Shown in pieces: positions 29,201 through 43,809 of a stretch of DNA of 64,000 nt. Each line of letters begins with the position of its first letter. The stretch's first letter is position 1. The stretch spans positions 141,112,001 through 141,176,000 of the forward strand of contig OZ024743.1 of assembly GCA_964016885.1 (NCBI GenBank), given 5' to 3'. The notes below the pieces were generated by a model that saw nothing but the letters and a program-made list of their open reading frames with translations, ran no database searches and had not been told where the DNA came from. The DNA is from Eledone cirrhosa. Lineage: Eukaryota. Both the position numbers and the translations under genes were made by a program.

Positions 29201-32200
29201 CCCCAAATGCCAAACGGCAAACGCCAAGCACCAAACACCAAACACCAAGCGCCAAGCACCAAACACCAAACACCAAGCACCAAGCACCAAACACCAAACA
29301 CCAAGCACCAATCACCAAACACCAAACACCAAGCGCCAAACACCAAACACCAAACACCTATCACCAAGCACCAAGCACCAAGCACCAAGCACCAAACACC
29401 AATCACCAAGCCCCAAGCACCAAACACCAAGCACCCAGCACCAAACACCAAACACCAAGCACCAAGCACCCAGAACAAAGCACCAAGCACCAAACACCAA
29501 ACACCAAGCTCCAAGCACCAAACACCAAACACCAAGCACCAAGCACCAAGCACCAAACACCAAACACCAAGCACCAATCACCAAACACCAAGCACCAAGC
29601 GCCAAACACCAAACACCAAACACCTAGCACCAAGCACCAAGCACCGAACACCAAGCACCAAGCACCAAGCACCAAGCACCAAGCACCAAACACCAATCAC
29701 CAAGCCCCAAGCACCAAACACCAAGCACCAAGCACCAAGCACCAAACACCAAACACCAAGCACCAAGCACCAAACACCAAACACCAAGCACCAAGCACCA
29801 AGCACCAAGCACCAAACACCATACACCAAACAGCAAACGCCAAAAAGCAAATGCCAAACCCCATACGCCAAACAGCAAATGCCAAACCCCAAACGCCAAA
29901 CAGCAAACGCCAAGCACCAAACACCAAACACCAAGCGCCAAGCACCAAACACCAAACACCAAGCACCAAGCACCAAACACCAAACACCAAGCACCAATCA
30001 CCAAACACCAAGCACCAAGCGCCAAGCACCAGACACCAAGCACCAAGCACCAAACACCAAACACCAAGCACCAAGCACTAAACACCAAACACCAAGCACC
30101 AAGCACCAAGCACCAAGCACCAAGCACCAAACACCAAGCACCAAGCACCAAGCACCAAGCACCAAGCACCAAACACCAAGCACCAAGCACCAAACAGCAA
30201 ACACCAAGCACCAAACACCAAACACCAAGCACCAAGCACCAAACACCAAACACCAAACACCAAGCACCAAGCCCCAAGCACCAAACACCAAGCACCAAGC
30301 ACCAAACACCAAGCACGAAGCACCAAGCACCATGCACCAAACACCAAGCACCAAGCACCAAACAGCAAACACCAAACAGCAAACACCAAACACCAAACAC
30401 CAACCAGCAAACACCAAACACCAAACACCAAACAGCAAACACCAAACAGCAAACACCAAACAGCAAACACCAAACACCAAACACCAAACAGCAAATGCCA
30501 AAAAGCAAACGCCAAACCCCAAACGCCAAACAGCAAATGCCAAACCCCAAACGCCAAACAGCAAACGCCAAGCGCCAAACGCCAAACACCAAGTGCCAAG
30601 CACTAAACACCAAACACCAAGCACCAAGCACCAAGCACCAAACACCAAACAGCAAACGCCAAAAAGCAAACGCCAAACCCCATACGCCAAACAGCAAATG
30701 CCAAACCCCAAACGCCAAACAGCAAACGCCAAGCACCAAACACCAAACACCAAGCGCCAAGCACCAAACACCAAACACCAAGCACCAAGCACCAAACACC
30801 AAACACCAAGCACCAATCACCAAACACCAAACACCAAGCGCCAAACACCAAACACCAAACACCTATCACCAAGCACCAAGCACCAAGCACCAAGCACCAA
30901 ACACCAATCACCAAGCCCCAAGCACCAAACACCAAGCACCCAGCACCAAACACCAAACACCAAGCACCAAGCACCCAGAACAAAGCACCAAGCACCAAAC
31001 ACCAAACACCAAGCTCCAAGCACCAAACACCAAACACCAAGCACCAAGCACCAAGCACCAAACACCAAACACCAAGCACCAATCACCAAACACCAAGCAC
31101 CAAGCGCCAAACACCAAACACCAAACACCTAGCAACAAGCACCAAGCACCGAACACCAAGCACCAAGCACCAAGCACCAAGCACCAAGCACCAAACACCA
31201 ATCACCAAGCCCCAAGCACCAAACACCAAGCACCAAGCACCAAGCACCAAACACCAAACACCAAGCACCAAGCACCAAACACCAAACACCAAGCACCAAG
31301 CACCAAGCACCAAGCACCAAACACCATACACCAAACAGCAAACGCCAAAAAGCAAACGCCAAACCCCATACGCCAAACAGCAAATGCCAAACCCCAAACG
31401 CCAAACAGCAAACGCCAAGCACCAAACACCAAACACCAAGCGCCGAGCACCAAACACCAAACACCAAGCACCAAGCACCAAACACCAAGCACCAAGCGCC
31501 AAGCACCAGACACCAAGCACCAAGCACCAAACACCAAACACCAAGCACCAAGCACTAAACACCAAACACCAAGCACCAAGCACCAAGCACCAAGCACCAA
31601 GCACCAAACACCAAGCACCAAGCACCAAGCACCAAGCACCAAGCACCAAACACCAAGCACCAAGCACCAAACAGCAAACACCAAGCACCAAACACCAAAC
31701 ACCAAGCACCAAGCACCAAACACCAAACACCAAACACCAAGCACCAAGCCCCAAGCACCAAACACCAAGCACCAAGCACCAAACACCAAGCACGAAGCAC
31801 CAAGCACCATGCACCAAACACCAAGCACCAAGCACCAAACAGCAAACACCAAACAGCAAACACCAAACACCAAACACCAACCAGCAAACACCAAACACCA
31901 AACACCAAACAGCAAACACCAAACAGCAAACACCAAACAGCAAACACCAAACACCAAACACCAAACAGCAAACGCCAAACAGCAAATGCCAAACCCCAAA
32001 CGCCAAACAGCAAACGCCAAGCGCCAAACGCCAAACACCAAGTGCCAAGCACCAAACACCAAACACCAAGCACCAAGCACCAAGCACCAAACACCAAACA
32101 GCAAACGCCAAAAAGCAAACGCCAAACCCCATACGCCAAACAGCAAATGCCAAACCCCAAACGCCAAACAGCAAACGCCAAGCACCAAACACCAAACACC

Positions 32201-35200
32201 AAGCACCAAGCACCAAACACCAAACACCAAGCACCAAGCACCAAGGACCAAGCACCAAACACCAAGCACCAAGCACCGAGCACCAAACACCAAGAACCAA
32301 GCACCAAGCACTAAACACCAAACACCAAGCACCAAGCACCAAACACCAAACACCAAGCACCAAGTACAAAACTCCAAACACCAAACACCAAGCACCAAGC
32401 ACCAAATCCCAAGCACCAAACACCAAGCACCAATCACCAAACACCAAACACCAAGCACCAAGCACCAAACTCCAAAAACCAAGCACCAAGCACCAAGCAC
32501 CAAACACCAAACGCCAAACACCAAACACCAAGTACCAAGCACCAAACACCAAGCACCAAGCGCCAAAGACCAAACACCAAGCACCAAGCACGAAACACCA
32601 AGCACCAAGCACCGAGCACCAAACACCAAGTACCAAGCACCAATCACCAAACACCAAGCACCAAGCACCAAACACCAAACACCAAGCACCAAGCACCAAG
32701 CATCAAGCACCAAGCACCATACACCAACCACCAAGCACCAAACACCAAACACAAACAACAAGTACCAAGCACCAAACACCAAACACCAAACACCAAACAC
32801 CAAGCACCAAGCACCAAGCACCAAGCACCAAAAACCAAGCACCAAGCTCCAAGCACCAAACACCAAGCACCAAACACCAAACACCAAGCACCAAGCACCA
32901 AACACCAAGCACCAAGCGCCAAACACCAAACACCAAGCACCAAGCACCAAACACCAAGCACCAACCACCAAGCACCAAACACCAAGCACCAAGCACCAAG
33001 CACCAAGCACCAAGCACCAAACACCAAGCACCAAGCACCAAACAGCAAACACCAAGCACCAAACACCAAACACCAAGCACCAAGCAACAAACACCAAACA
33101 CCAAGCACCAAACACCAAGCACCAAGCCCCAAGCACGAAACACCAAGCACCAAGCACGAAACACCAAGCACCAAGCACCAAGCACCATGCACCAAACACC
33201 AAGCACCAAGCACCAAACAGCAAACACCAAACAGCAAACACCAAACAGCAAACACCAAACAGCAAACACCAAACAGCAAACACCAAACAGCAAACGCCAA
33301 AAAGCAAACGCCAAACTCCAAACGCCAAACAGCAAATGCCAAACCCAAACGCCAAACAGCAAACGCCAAGCACAAAACACCAAACACCAAGCGCCAAGCA
33401 CCAAACACCAAACACCAAGCACCAAGCACCAAACACCAAACACCAAGCACCAAGTACCAAACACCAAACACCAAGCACCAAACACCAAACAGCAAACGCA
33501 AAAAAGCAAACGCCAAACCCCATACGCCAAACAGCAAATGCCAAACCCCAAATGCCAAACGGCAAACGCCAAGCACCAAACACCAAACACCAAGCGCCAA
33601 GCACCAAACACCAAACACCAAGCACCAATCACCAAACACCAAACACCAAGCGCCAAACACCAAACACCAAACACCTATCACCAAGCACCAAGCACCAAGC
33701 ACCAAGCACCAAACACCAATCACCAAGCCCCAAACACCAAACACCAAGCACCCAGCACCAAACACCAAACACCAAGCACCAAGCACCCAGAACAAAGCAC
33801 CAAGCACCAAACACCAAACACCAAGCTCCAAGCACCAAAAACCAAACACCAAGCACCAAGCACCAAGCACCAAACACCAAACACCAAGCACCAATCACCA
33901 AACACCAAGCACCAAGCGCCAAACACCAAACACCAAACACCTAGCACCAAGCACCAAGCACCGAACACCAAGCACCAAGCACCAAGCACCAAGCACCAAG
34001 CACCAAACACCAATCACCAAGCCCCAAGCACCAAACACCAAGCACCAAGCACCAAGCACCAAACACCAAACACCAAGCACCAAGCACCAAACACCAAACA
34101 CCAAGCACCAAGCACCAAGCACCAAGCACCAAACACCATACACCAAACAGCAAACGCCAAAAAGCAAACGCCAAACCCCATACGCCAAACAGCAAATGCC
34201 AAACCCCAAACGCCAAACAGCAAACGCCAAGCACCAAACACCAAACACCAAGCGCCAAGCACCAAACACCAAACACCAAGCACCAAGCACCAAACACCAA
34301 ACACCAAGCACCAATCACCAAACACCAAGCACCAAGCGCCAAGCACCAGACACCAAGCACCAAGCACCAAACACCAAACACCAAGCACCAAGCACTAAAC
34401 ACCAAACACCAAGCACCAAGCACCAAGCACCAAGCACCAAGCACCAAACACCAAGCACCAAGCACCAAGCACCAAGCACCAAGCACCAAACACCAAGCAC
34501 CAAGCACCAAACAGCAAACACCAAGCACCAAACACCAAACACCAAGCACCAAGCACCAAGCACCAAACACCAAACACCAAACACCAAGCACCAAGCCCCA
34601 AGCACCAAACACCAAGCACCAAGCACCAAACACCAAGCACGAAGCACCAAGCACCATGCACCAAACACCAAGCACCAAGCACCAAACAGCAAACACCAAA
34701 CAGCAAACACCAAACACCAAACACCAACCAGCAAACACCAAACACCAAACACCAAACAGCAAACACCAAACAGCAAACACCAAACAGCAAACACCAAACA
34801 CCAAACACCAAACAGCAAATGCCAAAAAGCAAACGCCAAACCCCAAACGCCAAACAGCAAATGCCAAACCCCAAACGCCAAACAGCAAACGCCAAGCGCC
34901 AAACGCCAAACACCAAGTGCCAAGCACCAAACACCAAACACCAAGCACCAAGCACCAAGCACCAAACACCAAACAGCAAACGCCAAAAAGCAAACGCCAA
35001 ACCCCATACGCCAAACATCAAATGCCAAACCCCAAACGCCAAACAGCAAACGCCAAGCACCAAACACCAAACACCAAGCGCCAAGCACCAAACACCAAAC
35101 ACCAAGCACCAAGCACCAAACACCAAACACCAAGCACCAATCACCAAACACCAAGCACCAAGCGCCAAGCACCAAGCACCAAACACCAAGCACCAAGCAC

Positions 35201-38200
35201 CGAGCACCAAACACCAAGAACCAAGCACCAAGCACTAAACACCAAACACCAAGCACCAAGCACCAAACACCAAACACCAAGCACCAAGTACAAAACTCCA
35301 AACACCAAACACCAAGCACCAAGCACCAAATCCCAAGCACCAAACACCAAGCACCAATCACCAAACACCAAACACCAAGCACCAAGCACCAAACTCCAAA
35401 AACCAAGCACCAAGCACCAAGCACCAAACACCAAACGCCAAACACCAAACACCAAGTACCAAGCACCAAACACCAAGCACCAAGCGCCAAAGACCAAACA
35501 CCAAGCACCAAGCACGAAACACCAAGCACCAAGCACCGAGCACCAAACACCAAGTACCAAGCACCAATCACCAAACACCAAGCACCAAGCACCAAACACC
35601 AAACACCAAGCACCAAGCATCAAGCACCAAGCACCAAACACCAACCACCAAGCACCAAACACCAAACACAAAACAACAAGTACCAAGCACCAAACACCAA
35701 ACACCAAACACCAAACACCAAGCACCAAGCACAAGACACCAAGCACCAAGCACCAAGCACCAAGCACCAAAAACCAAGCACCAAGCTCCAAGCACCAAAC
35801 ACCAAGCACCAAACACCAAACACCAAGCACCAAGCACCAAACACCAAGCACCAAGCGCCAAACACCAAACACCAAGCACCAAGCACCAAACACCAAGCAC
35901 CAACCACCAAGCACCAAACACCAAGCACCAAGCACCAAGCACCAAGCACCAAGCACCAAACACCAAGCACCAAGCACCAAACAGCAAACACCAAGCACCA
36001 AACACCAAACACCAAGCACCAAGCAACAAACACCAAACACCAAGCACCAAACACCAAGCACCAAGCCCCAAGCACGAAACACCAAGCACCAAGCACGAAA
36101 CACCAAGCACCAAGCACCAAGCACCATGCACCAAACACCAAGCACCAAGCACCAAACAGCAAACACCAAACAGCAAACACCAAACAGCAAACACCAAACA
36201 GCAAACACCAAACAGCAAACACCAAACAGCAAACGCCAAAAAGCAAACGCCAAACTCCAAACGCCAAACAGCAAATGCCAAACCCAAACGCCAAACAGCA
36301 AACGCCAAGCACAAAACACCAAACACCAAGCGCCAAGCACCAAACACCAAACACCAAGCACCAAGCACCAAACACCAAACACCAAGCACCAAGTACCAAA
36401 CACCAAACACCAAGCACCAAACACCAAACAGCAAACGCAAAAAAGCAAACGCCAAACCCCATACGCCAAACAGCAAATGCCAAACCCCAAATGCCAAACG
36501 GCAAACGCCAAGCACCAAACACCAAACACCAAGCGCCAAGCACCAAACACCAAACACCAAGCACCAAGCACCAAACACCAAACACCAAGCACCAATCACC
36601 AAACACCAAACACCAAGCGCCAAACACCAAACACCAAACACCTATCACCAAGCACCAAGCACCAAGCACCAAGCACCAAACACCAATCACCAAGCCCCAA
36701 GCACCAAACACCAAGCACCCAGCACCAAACACCAAACACCAAGCACCAAGCACCCAGAACAAAGCACCAAGCACCAAACACCAAACACCAAGCTCCAAGC
36801 ACCAAACACCAAACACCAAGCACCAAGCACCAAGGACCAAACACCAAACACCAAGCACCAATCACCAAACACCAAGCACCAAGCGCCAAACACCAAACAC
36901 CAAACACCTAGCACCAAGCACCAAGCACCGAACACCAAGCACCAAGCACCAAGCACCAAGCAACAAACACCAATCACCAAGCCCCAAGCACCAAACACCA
37001 AGCACCAAGCACCAAGCACCAAACACCAAACACCAAGCACCAAGCACCAAACACCAAACAACAAGCACCAAGCACCAAGCACCAAGCACCAAACACCATA
37101 CACCAAACAGCAAACGCCAAAAAGCAAACGCCAAACCCCATACGCCAAACAGCAAATGCCAAACCCCAAACGCCAAACAGCAAACGCCAAGCACCAAACA
37201 CCAAACACCAAGCGCCAAGCACCAAACACCAAACACCAAGCACCAAGCACCAAACACCAAACACCAAGCACCAATCACCAAACACCAAGCACCAAGCGCC
37301 AAGCACCAGACACCAAGCACCAAGCACCAAACACCAAACACCAAGCACCAAGCACTAAACACCAAACACCAAGCACCAAGCACCAAGCACCAAGCACCAA
37401 GCACCAAACACCAAGCACCAAGCACCAAGCACCAAGCACCAAGCACCAAACACCAAGCACCAAGCACCAAACAGCAAACACCAAGCACCAAACACCAAAC
37501 ACCAAGCACCAAGCACCAAACACCAAACACCAAACACCAAGCACCAAACACCAAGCACCAAACACCAAGCACCAAGCACCAAACACCAAACACCAACCAG
37601 CAAACACCAAACACCAAACACCAAACAGCAAACACCAAACAGCAAACACCAAACAGCAAACACCAAACACCAAACACCAAACAGCAAATGCCAAAAAGCA
37701 AACGCCAAACCCCAAACGCCAAACAGCAAATGCCAAACCCCAAACGCCAAACAGCAAACGCCAAGCGCCAAACGCCAAACACCAAGTGCCAAGCACCAAA
37801 CACCAAACACCAAGCACCAAGCACCAAGCACCAAACACCAAACAGCAAACGCCAAAAAGCAAACGCCAAACCCCATACGCCAAACAGCAAATGCCAAACC
37901 CCAAACGCCAAACAGCAAGCACCAATCACCAAACACCAAGCACCAAGCGCCAAGCACCAAACACCAAACACCTAGCACCAAGCACCAAGCACCAAGCACC
38001 AAACACCAAGTACCAAACACCAATCACCAAGCCCCAAGCACCAAACACCAAGCGCCAAGCACCAAACACCAAACACCAAGCACCAAGCACCCAGAACCAA
38101 GCACCAAGCACCAAACACCAAGCACCAAGCACCGAGCACCAAACACCAAGAACCAAGCACCAAGCTCTAAACACCAAACACCAAGCACCAAGCACCAAAC

Positions 38201-41200
38201 ACCAAACACCAAACACCAAACACCAAACAGCAAATGCCAAAAAGCAAACGCCAAACCCCAAACGCCAAACAGTAAATGCCAAACCCCAAACGCCAAACAG
38301 CAAACGCCAAGCGCCAAACGCCAAACACCAAGCGCCAAGCACCAAACACCAAACACCAAGCACCAAGCACCAAACACCAAACACCAAGCACCAAGTACCA
38401 AACACCAAACACCAAGCACCAAACACCAAACAGCAAACGCCAAAAAGCAAACGCCAAACCCCATACGCCAAACAGCAAATGCCAAATCCCAAACGCCAAA
38501 CAGCAAACGCCAAGCACCGAACACCAAACACCAAGAACCAAGCACCAAGCACTAAACACCAAACACCAAGCACCAAGCACCAAACACCAAACACCAAGCA
38601 CCAAGCACCGAGCACCAAACACCAAGAACCAAGCACCAAGCACTAAACACTAAACACCAAGCACCAAGCACCAAACACCAAACACCAAGCACCAAACACC
38701 AAACAGCAAACGCCAAAAAGCAAACGCCAAACCTCATACGCCAAACAGCAAATGCCAAACTCCAAACGCCAAACAGCAAACGCCAGACACCAAACACCAA
38801 ACACCAAGCGCCAAGCACCAAACACCAAACACCAAGCACCAAGCACCAAACACCAAACAACAAGCACCAAACACCAATCACCAAGCCCCAAGCACCAAAC
38901 ACCAAGCACCAAGCACCAAACACCAAACACCAAGCACCAAGCACCAAGGACCAAGCACCAAACACCAAGCACCAAGCACCGAGCACCAAACACCAAGAAC
39001 CAAGCACCAAATCCCAAGCACCAAACACCAAGCACCAATCACCAAACACCAAACACCAAGCACCAAGCACCAAACTCCAAAAACCAAGCACCAAACACCA
39101 ATCACCAAACACCAAGCTCCAAGCACCAAACACCAAACACCAAACACCAAGCACCAAGCATCAAGCACCAAGCACCAAACACCAACCACCAAGCACCAAA
39201 CACCAAACACAAAACAACAAGTACCAAGCACCAAACACCAAACACCAAACACCAAACACCAAGCACCAAGCACAAGACACCAAGCACCAAGCACCAAGCA
39301 CCAAGCACCAAAAACCAAGCACCAAGCTCCAAGCACCAAACACCAAGCACCAAACACCAAACACCAAGCACCAAGCACCAAACACCAAGCACCAAGCGCC
39401 AAACACCAATCACCAAGCACCAAGCACCAAACACCAAGCACCAACCACCAAGCACCAAACACCAAACACCAAACACCAAACACCAAACACCAAGCACCAA
39501 GCACAAGACACCAAGCACCAAGCACCAAGCACCAAAAACCTAGCACCAAGCTCCAAGCACCAAACACCAAGCACCAAACACCAAACACCAAGCACCAAGC
39601 ACCAAACACCAAGCACCAAGCGCCAAACACCAAACACCAAGCACCAAGCACCAAACACCAAGCACCAACCACCAAGCACCAAACACCAAGCACCAAGCAC
39701 CAAGCACCAAGCACCAAGCACCAAACACCAAGCACCAAGCACCAAACAGCAAACACCAAGCACCAAACACCAAACACCAAGCACCAAGCAACAAAACCCA
39801 AACACCAAGCACCAAACACCAAGCACCAAGCCCCAAGCACGAAACACCAAGCACCAAGCACGAAACACCAAGCACCAAGCACCAAGCACCATGCACCAAA
39901 CACCAAGCACCAAGCACCAAACAGCAAACACCAAACAGCAAACACCAAACAGCAAACACCAAACAGCAAACACCAAACAGCAAACACCAAACAGCAAACG
40001 CCAAAAAGCAAATGCCAAACCCAAACGCCAAACAGCAAACGCCAAGCACAAAACACCAAACACCAAGCGCCAAGCACCAAACACCAAACACCAAGCACCA
40101 AGCACCAAACACCAAACACCAAGCACCAAGTACCAAACACCAAACACCAAGCACCAAACACCAAACAGCAAACGCAAAAAAGCAAACGCCAAACCCCATA
40201 CGCCAAACAGCAAATGCCAAACCCCAAATGCCAAACGGCAAACGCCAAGCACCAAACACCAAACACCAAGTGCCAAACACCAAACACCAAACACCTATCA
40301 CCAAGCACCAAGCACCAAACACCAAGCACCAAACACCAAGCACCAAGCACCAAGCACCAAGCACCAAACACCAATCACCAAGCCCCAAGCACCAAACACC
40401 AAGCACCCAGCACCAAACACCAAGCACCAAGCACCAAGCACCCAGAACAAAGCACCAAGCACCAAACACCAAACACCAAGCTCCAAGCACCAAACACCAA
40501 ACACCAAGCACCAAGCACCAAGCACCAAACACCAAACACCAAGCACCAATCACCAAACACCAAGCACCAAGCGCCAAACACCAAACACCAAACACCTAGC
40601 ACCAAGCACCAAGCACCGAACACCAAGCACCAAGCACCAAGCACCAAGCACCAAGCACCAAACACCAATCACCAAGTCCCAAGCACCAAACACCAAGCAC
40701 CAAGCACCAAACACCAAACACCAAGCACCAAGCACCAAGCACCAAGCACCAAACACCATACACCAAACAGCAAACGCCAAAAAGCAAACGCCAAACCCCA
40801 TACGCCAAACAGCAAATGCCAAACCCCAAACGCCAAACAGCAAACGCCAAGCACCAAACACCAAACACCAAGCGCCAAGCACCAAACACCAAACACCAAG
40901 CACCAAGCACCAAACACCAAACACCAAGCACCAATCACCAAACACCAAGCACCAAGCGCCAAGCACCAGACACCAAGCACCAAGCACCAAACACCAAACA
41001 CCAAGCACCAAGCACTAAACACCAAACACCAAGCACCAAGCACCAAGCACCAAGCACCAAGCACCAAACACCAAGCACCAAGCACCAAGCACCAAGCACC
41101 AAGCACCAAACACCAAGCACCAAGCACCAAACAGCAAACACCAAGCACCAAACACCAAATACCAAGCACCAAGCACCAAACACCAAACACCAAACACCAA

Positions 41201-43800
41201 GCACCAAGCCCCAAGCACCAAACACCAAGCACCAACACCAAACACCAAGCACGAAGCACCAAGCACCATGCACCAAACACCAAGCACCAAGCACCAAACA
41301 GCAAACACCAAACAGCAAACACCAAACACCAAACACCAACCAGCAAACACCAAACACCAAACACCAAACAGCAAACACCAAACAGCAAACACCAAACAGC
41401 AAACAGCAAACACCAAACACCAAACAGCAAACGCCAAAAAGCAAACGCCAAACCCCATACGCCAAACAGCAAATGCCAAACCCCAAACGCCAAACAGCAA
41501 ACGCCAAGCACCGAACACCAAACACCAAGCGCCAAGCACCAAACACCAAACACCAAGCACCAAGCACCAAACACCAAACACCAAGCACCAATCACCAAAC
41601 ACCAAGCACCAAGCGCCAAGCACCAAACACCAAACACCTAGCACCAAGCACCAAGCACCAAACACCAAGTACCAAACACCAATCACCAAGCCCCAAGCAC
41701 CAAACACCAAGCACCAAGCACCAAACACCAAACACCAAGCACCAAGCACCCAGAACCAAGCACCAAGCACCAAACACCAAGCACCAAGCACCGAGCACCA
41801 AACACCAAGAACAAAGCACCAAGCACTAAACACCAAACACCAAGCACCAAGCACCAAACACCATACACCAAGCACCAAACACCAAACAGCAAACGCCAAA
41901 AAGCAAACGCCAAACCCCATATGCCAAACAGCAAATGCCAAACTCCAAACGCCAAACAGCAAACGCCAGGCACCAAACACCAAACACCAAGCGCCAAGCA
42001 CCAAACACCAAACACCAAGCACCAAGCACCAAACACCAAACACCAAGCACCAATCACCAAACACCAAGCACCAAGCGCCAAGCACCAAACACCAAACACC
42101 TAGCACCAAGCACCAAGCACCAAACACCAAACACCAAACACCAAGCACCAAGCGCCAAGCACCAAACACCAAACACCTAGCACCAAGCACCAAGCACCAA
42201 ACACCAAGCACCACACACCAATCACCAAGCCCCAAGCACCAAACACCAAGCACCAAGCACCAAACACCAAACACCAAGCACCAAGCACCAAGCACCAAGC
42301 ACTAAACACCAAACACCAAGCACCAAGCACCAAACACCAAACACCAAGCACCAAGTACAAAACTCCAAACACCAAACACCAAGCACCAAGCACCAAATCC
42401 CAAGCACCAAACACCAAGCACCAATCACCAAACACCAAACACCAAGCACCAAGCACCAAACACCAAACATCAAGCACCAAGCACCAAGCACCAAGCACCA
42501 AACACCATACACCAAACAGCAAACGCCAAAAAGCAAACGCCAAACCCCATATGCCAAACAGCAAATGCCAAACCCCAAACGCCAAACAGCAAACGCCAAG
42601 CACCAAACACCAAACACCAAGCGCCAAGCACCAAACACCAAACACCAAGCACCAAGCACCAAACACCAAACACCAAGCACCAATCACCAAACACCAAGCA
42701 CCAAGCGCCAAGCACCAGACACCAAGCACCAAGCACCAAACACCAAACACCAAGCACCAAGCACTAGACACCAAACACCAAGCACCAAGCACCAAGCACC
42801 AAGCACCAAGCACCAAACACCAAGCACCAAGCACCAAGCACCAAGCACCAAGCACCAAACACCAAGCACCAAGCACCAAACAGCAAACACCAAGCACCAA
42901 ACACCAAACACCAAGCACCAAGCACCAAACACCAAACACCAAACACCAAGCACCAAGCCCCAAGCACCAAACACCAAGCACCAAGCACCAAACACCAAGC
43001 ACGAAGCACCAAGCACCAAACAGCAAACACCAAACAGCAAACACCAAACACCAAACACCAACCAGCAAACACCAAACACCAAACACCAAACAGCAAACAC
43101 CAAACAGCAAACACCAAACAGCAAACACCAAACACCAAACACCAAACAGCAAACGCCAAAAAGAAAACGCCAAACCCCATACGCCAAACAGCAAATGCCA
43201 AACCCCAAACGCCAAACAGCAAACGCCAAGCACCGAACACCAAACACCAAGCGCCAAGCACCAAACACCAAACACCAAGCACCAAGCACCAAACACCAAA
43301 CACCAAGCACCAATCACCAAACACCAAGCACCAAGCGCCAAGCACCAAACACCAAACACCTAGCACCAAGCACCAAGCACCAAACACCAAGTACCAAACA
43401 CCAATCACCAAGCCCCAAGCACCAAACACCAAGCACCAAGCACCAAACACCAAACACCAAGCACCAAGCACCCAGAACCAAGCACCAAGCACCAAACACC
43501 AAGCACCAAGCACCGAGCACCAAACACCAAGAACAAAGCACCAAGCACTAAACACCAAACACCAAGCACCAAGCACCAAACACCATACACCAAGCACCAA
43601 ACACCAAACAGCAAACGCCAAAAAGCAAACACCAAACCCCATATGCCAAACAGCAAATGCCAAACTCCAAACGCCAAACAGCAAACGCCAGGCACCAAAC
43701 ACCAAACACCAAGCGCCAAGCACCAAACACCAAACACCAAGCACCAAGCACCAAACACCAAACACCAAGCACCAATCACCAAACACCAAGCACCAAGCGC
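28000..43800 (+). repeat. Shuffled higher-order repeat domain with ~1.5, ~1.7 and ~2.8-3.0 kb recurrences
   Basis: Identical or near-identical ORFs at 29312/30817/33629/36596 (spacings 1505, 2812, 2967), 32434/35358 (2924) and 41592/43314 (1722). Confidence 0.8.
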
Positions 43801-43809
43801 CAAGCACCA

